A DNA stretch of 64,000 nt from Candidatus Falkowbacteria bacterium RIFOXYA2_FULL_38_12 (lineage in GTDB: Bacteria; Patescibacteriota; Patescibacteriia; XYB2-FULL-38-15): the NCBI GenBank assembly GCA_001778095.1, contig MFGA01000020.1, positions 75,805 through 139,804 of the forward strand. Direction: 5' to 3'. The position numbers were made by a program, and so were the translations under genes. This document shows, one piece after another, positions 63,518 to 64,000 of the stretch. The first letter of the stretch is position 1; each line of letters starts with the position of its first letter. The notes under the pieces were generated by a model. It worked only from the letters and a program-made list of their open reading frames with translations. It was not told the origin of the DNA and did no database searches.

Positions 63518-64000
63518 ATGAATGAAATCGCCAAAAAACGCAATTTAGGCCAATTTTTCACTACCAATTCCGACCAAATTCTGCAAGGGTTTAGTGAATT
63601 TGTCGTAAACAAAGAAGTTATAGACCCCTTTGCCGGCAATCAGGATTTGTTGAACTGGTCAAGAGATAACAAATGTAAAAAAGCCACAGGGTTTGATTGT
63701 GACAAAAATTATATAGATGGTAAAAACGTTTTTCTAAACGATTCTATAAACTCGCCTAAAGATTATAAATTTGTCTGCACTAATCCGCCTTATCTGCATA
63801 AGAATAAGGCATCTGGCGAAATAAAGGGAAAATTTTTTTTCGGAATAAACTCAAGCTTTGAGGATTTGTATCAGATTTCCATTTTTTCCATCTTAAATTG
63901 TGAGGAGGGTATAATTATAGTTCCTTTGAATTTTTTATGTGCGGAAAATTCAAAAAAAATCAGAGAATTATTTTTTGCACAATTTGAAATTATAAAATTA
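63518..64000 (+). CDS. N6-adenine DNA methyltransferase, N-terminal part (3' end beyond window)
   Basis: Motif I-like IDPFAGNQDL and catalytic TNPPY (NPPY) motif. Preceded by TATAAT at 63506-63511. ORF still open at the window end. Confidence 0.55.
   Translation, partial: MNEIAKKRNLGQFFTTNSDQILQGFSEFVVNKEVIDPFAGNQDLLNWSRDNKCKKATGFDCDKNYIDGKNVFLNDSINSPKDYKFVCTNPPYLHKNKASGEIKGKFFFGINSSFEDLYQISIFSILNCEEGIIIVPLNFLCAENSKKIRELFFAQFEIIKL

Overview
AT-rich, gene-dense window coded almost entirely on the + strand. The gene content looks like a small-genome bacterium of the CPR/Patescibacteria type; this is an inference from content and AT-richness, not a database hit. In order along the window: (1) a hydrogenase locus with [FeFe]-type maturase radical-SAM genes hydE (5' partial) and hydG, a DJ-1/PfpI protein, a group-3-like [NiFe] hydrogenase small and large subunit, and a Cys-less HypA-like ORF; (2) glycolysis genes pgk and two tandem gpmI paralogs; (3) fpg, PAP2, a sugar nucleotidyltransferase, mltG; (4) pyrH-like, ABC transporter, NUDIX, rplJ and rplL; (5) a fragmentary dcw-type region with mraZ, rsmH, an ftsL-like gene and tgt; (6) a membrane-anchored ClpC-like AAA+ protein and a WecA/MraY-family transferase; (7) rplU, recR, dnaB, tRNA-Val, lepB, hisS, rpsU and yqeY; (8) a cell-surface locus with two proteins sharing a pilin-like N-terminal anchor, one of them 3192 aa with IPT/Big domains, about 12 cysteine-rich repeats, an embedded pseudopilin-like segment and a C-terminal vWA domain, followed by three TM-anchored thrombospondin-type-3-repeat proteins; (9) ybeY, dgkA, ftsA, ftsZ; (10) an anaerobic RNR locus in which nrdD appears split, with its glycyl-radical domain on a separate 48-aa ORF, followed by nrdG; (11) the 5' part of an N6-adenine DNA methyltransferase at the window edge. 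Non-coding content is unusually rich. It includes a ~160-nt structured repeat in three copies with covarying stems, eight copies of an AT-rich palindromic element built from AAAGTGAAAAGTT-type words that sit immediately upstream of start codons, paired GC-rich hairpin elements (CCCCTCCC/GGGAGGGG), a cluster of perfect DnaA boxes and MraZ-type direct repeats upstream of mraZ, and a GC-rich palindromic in-frame insertion in yqeY. No rRNA or CRISPR array was seen.
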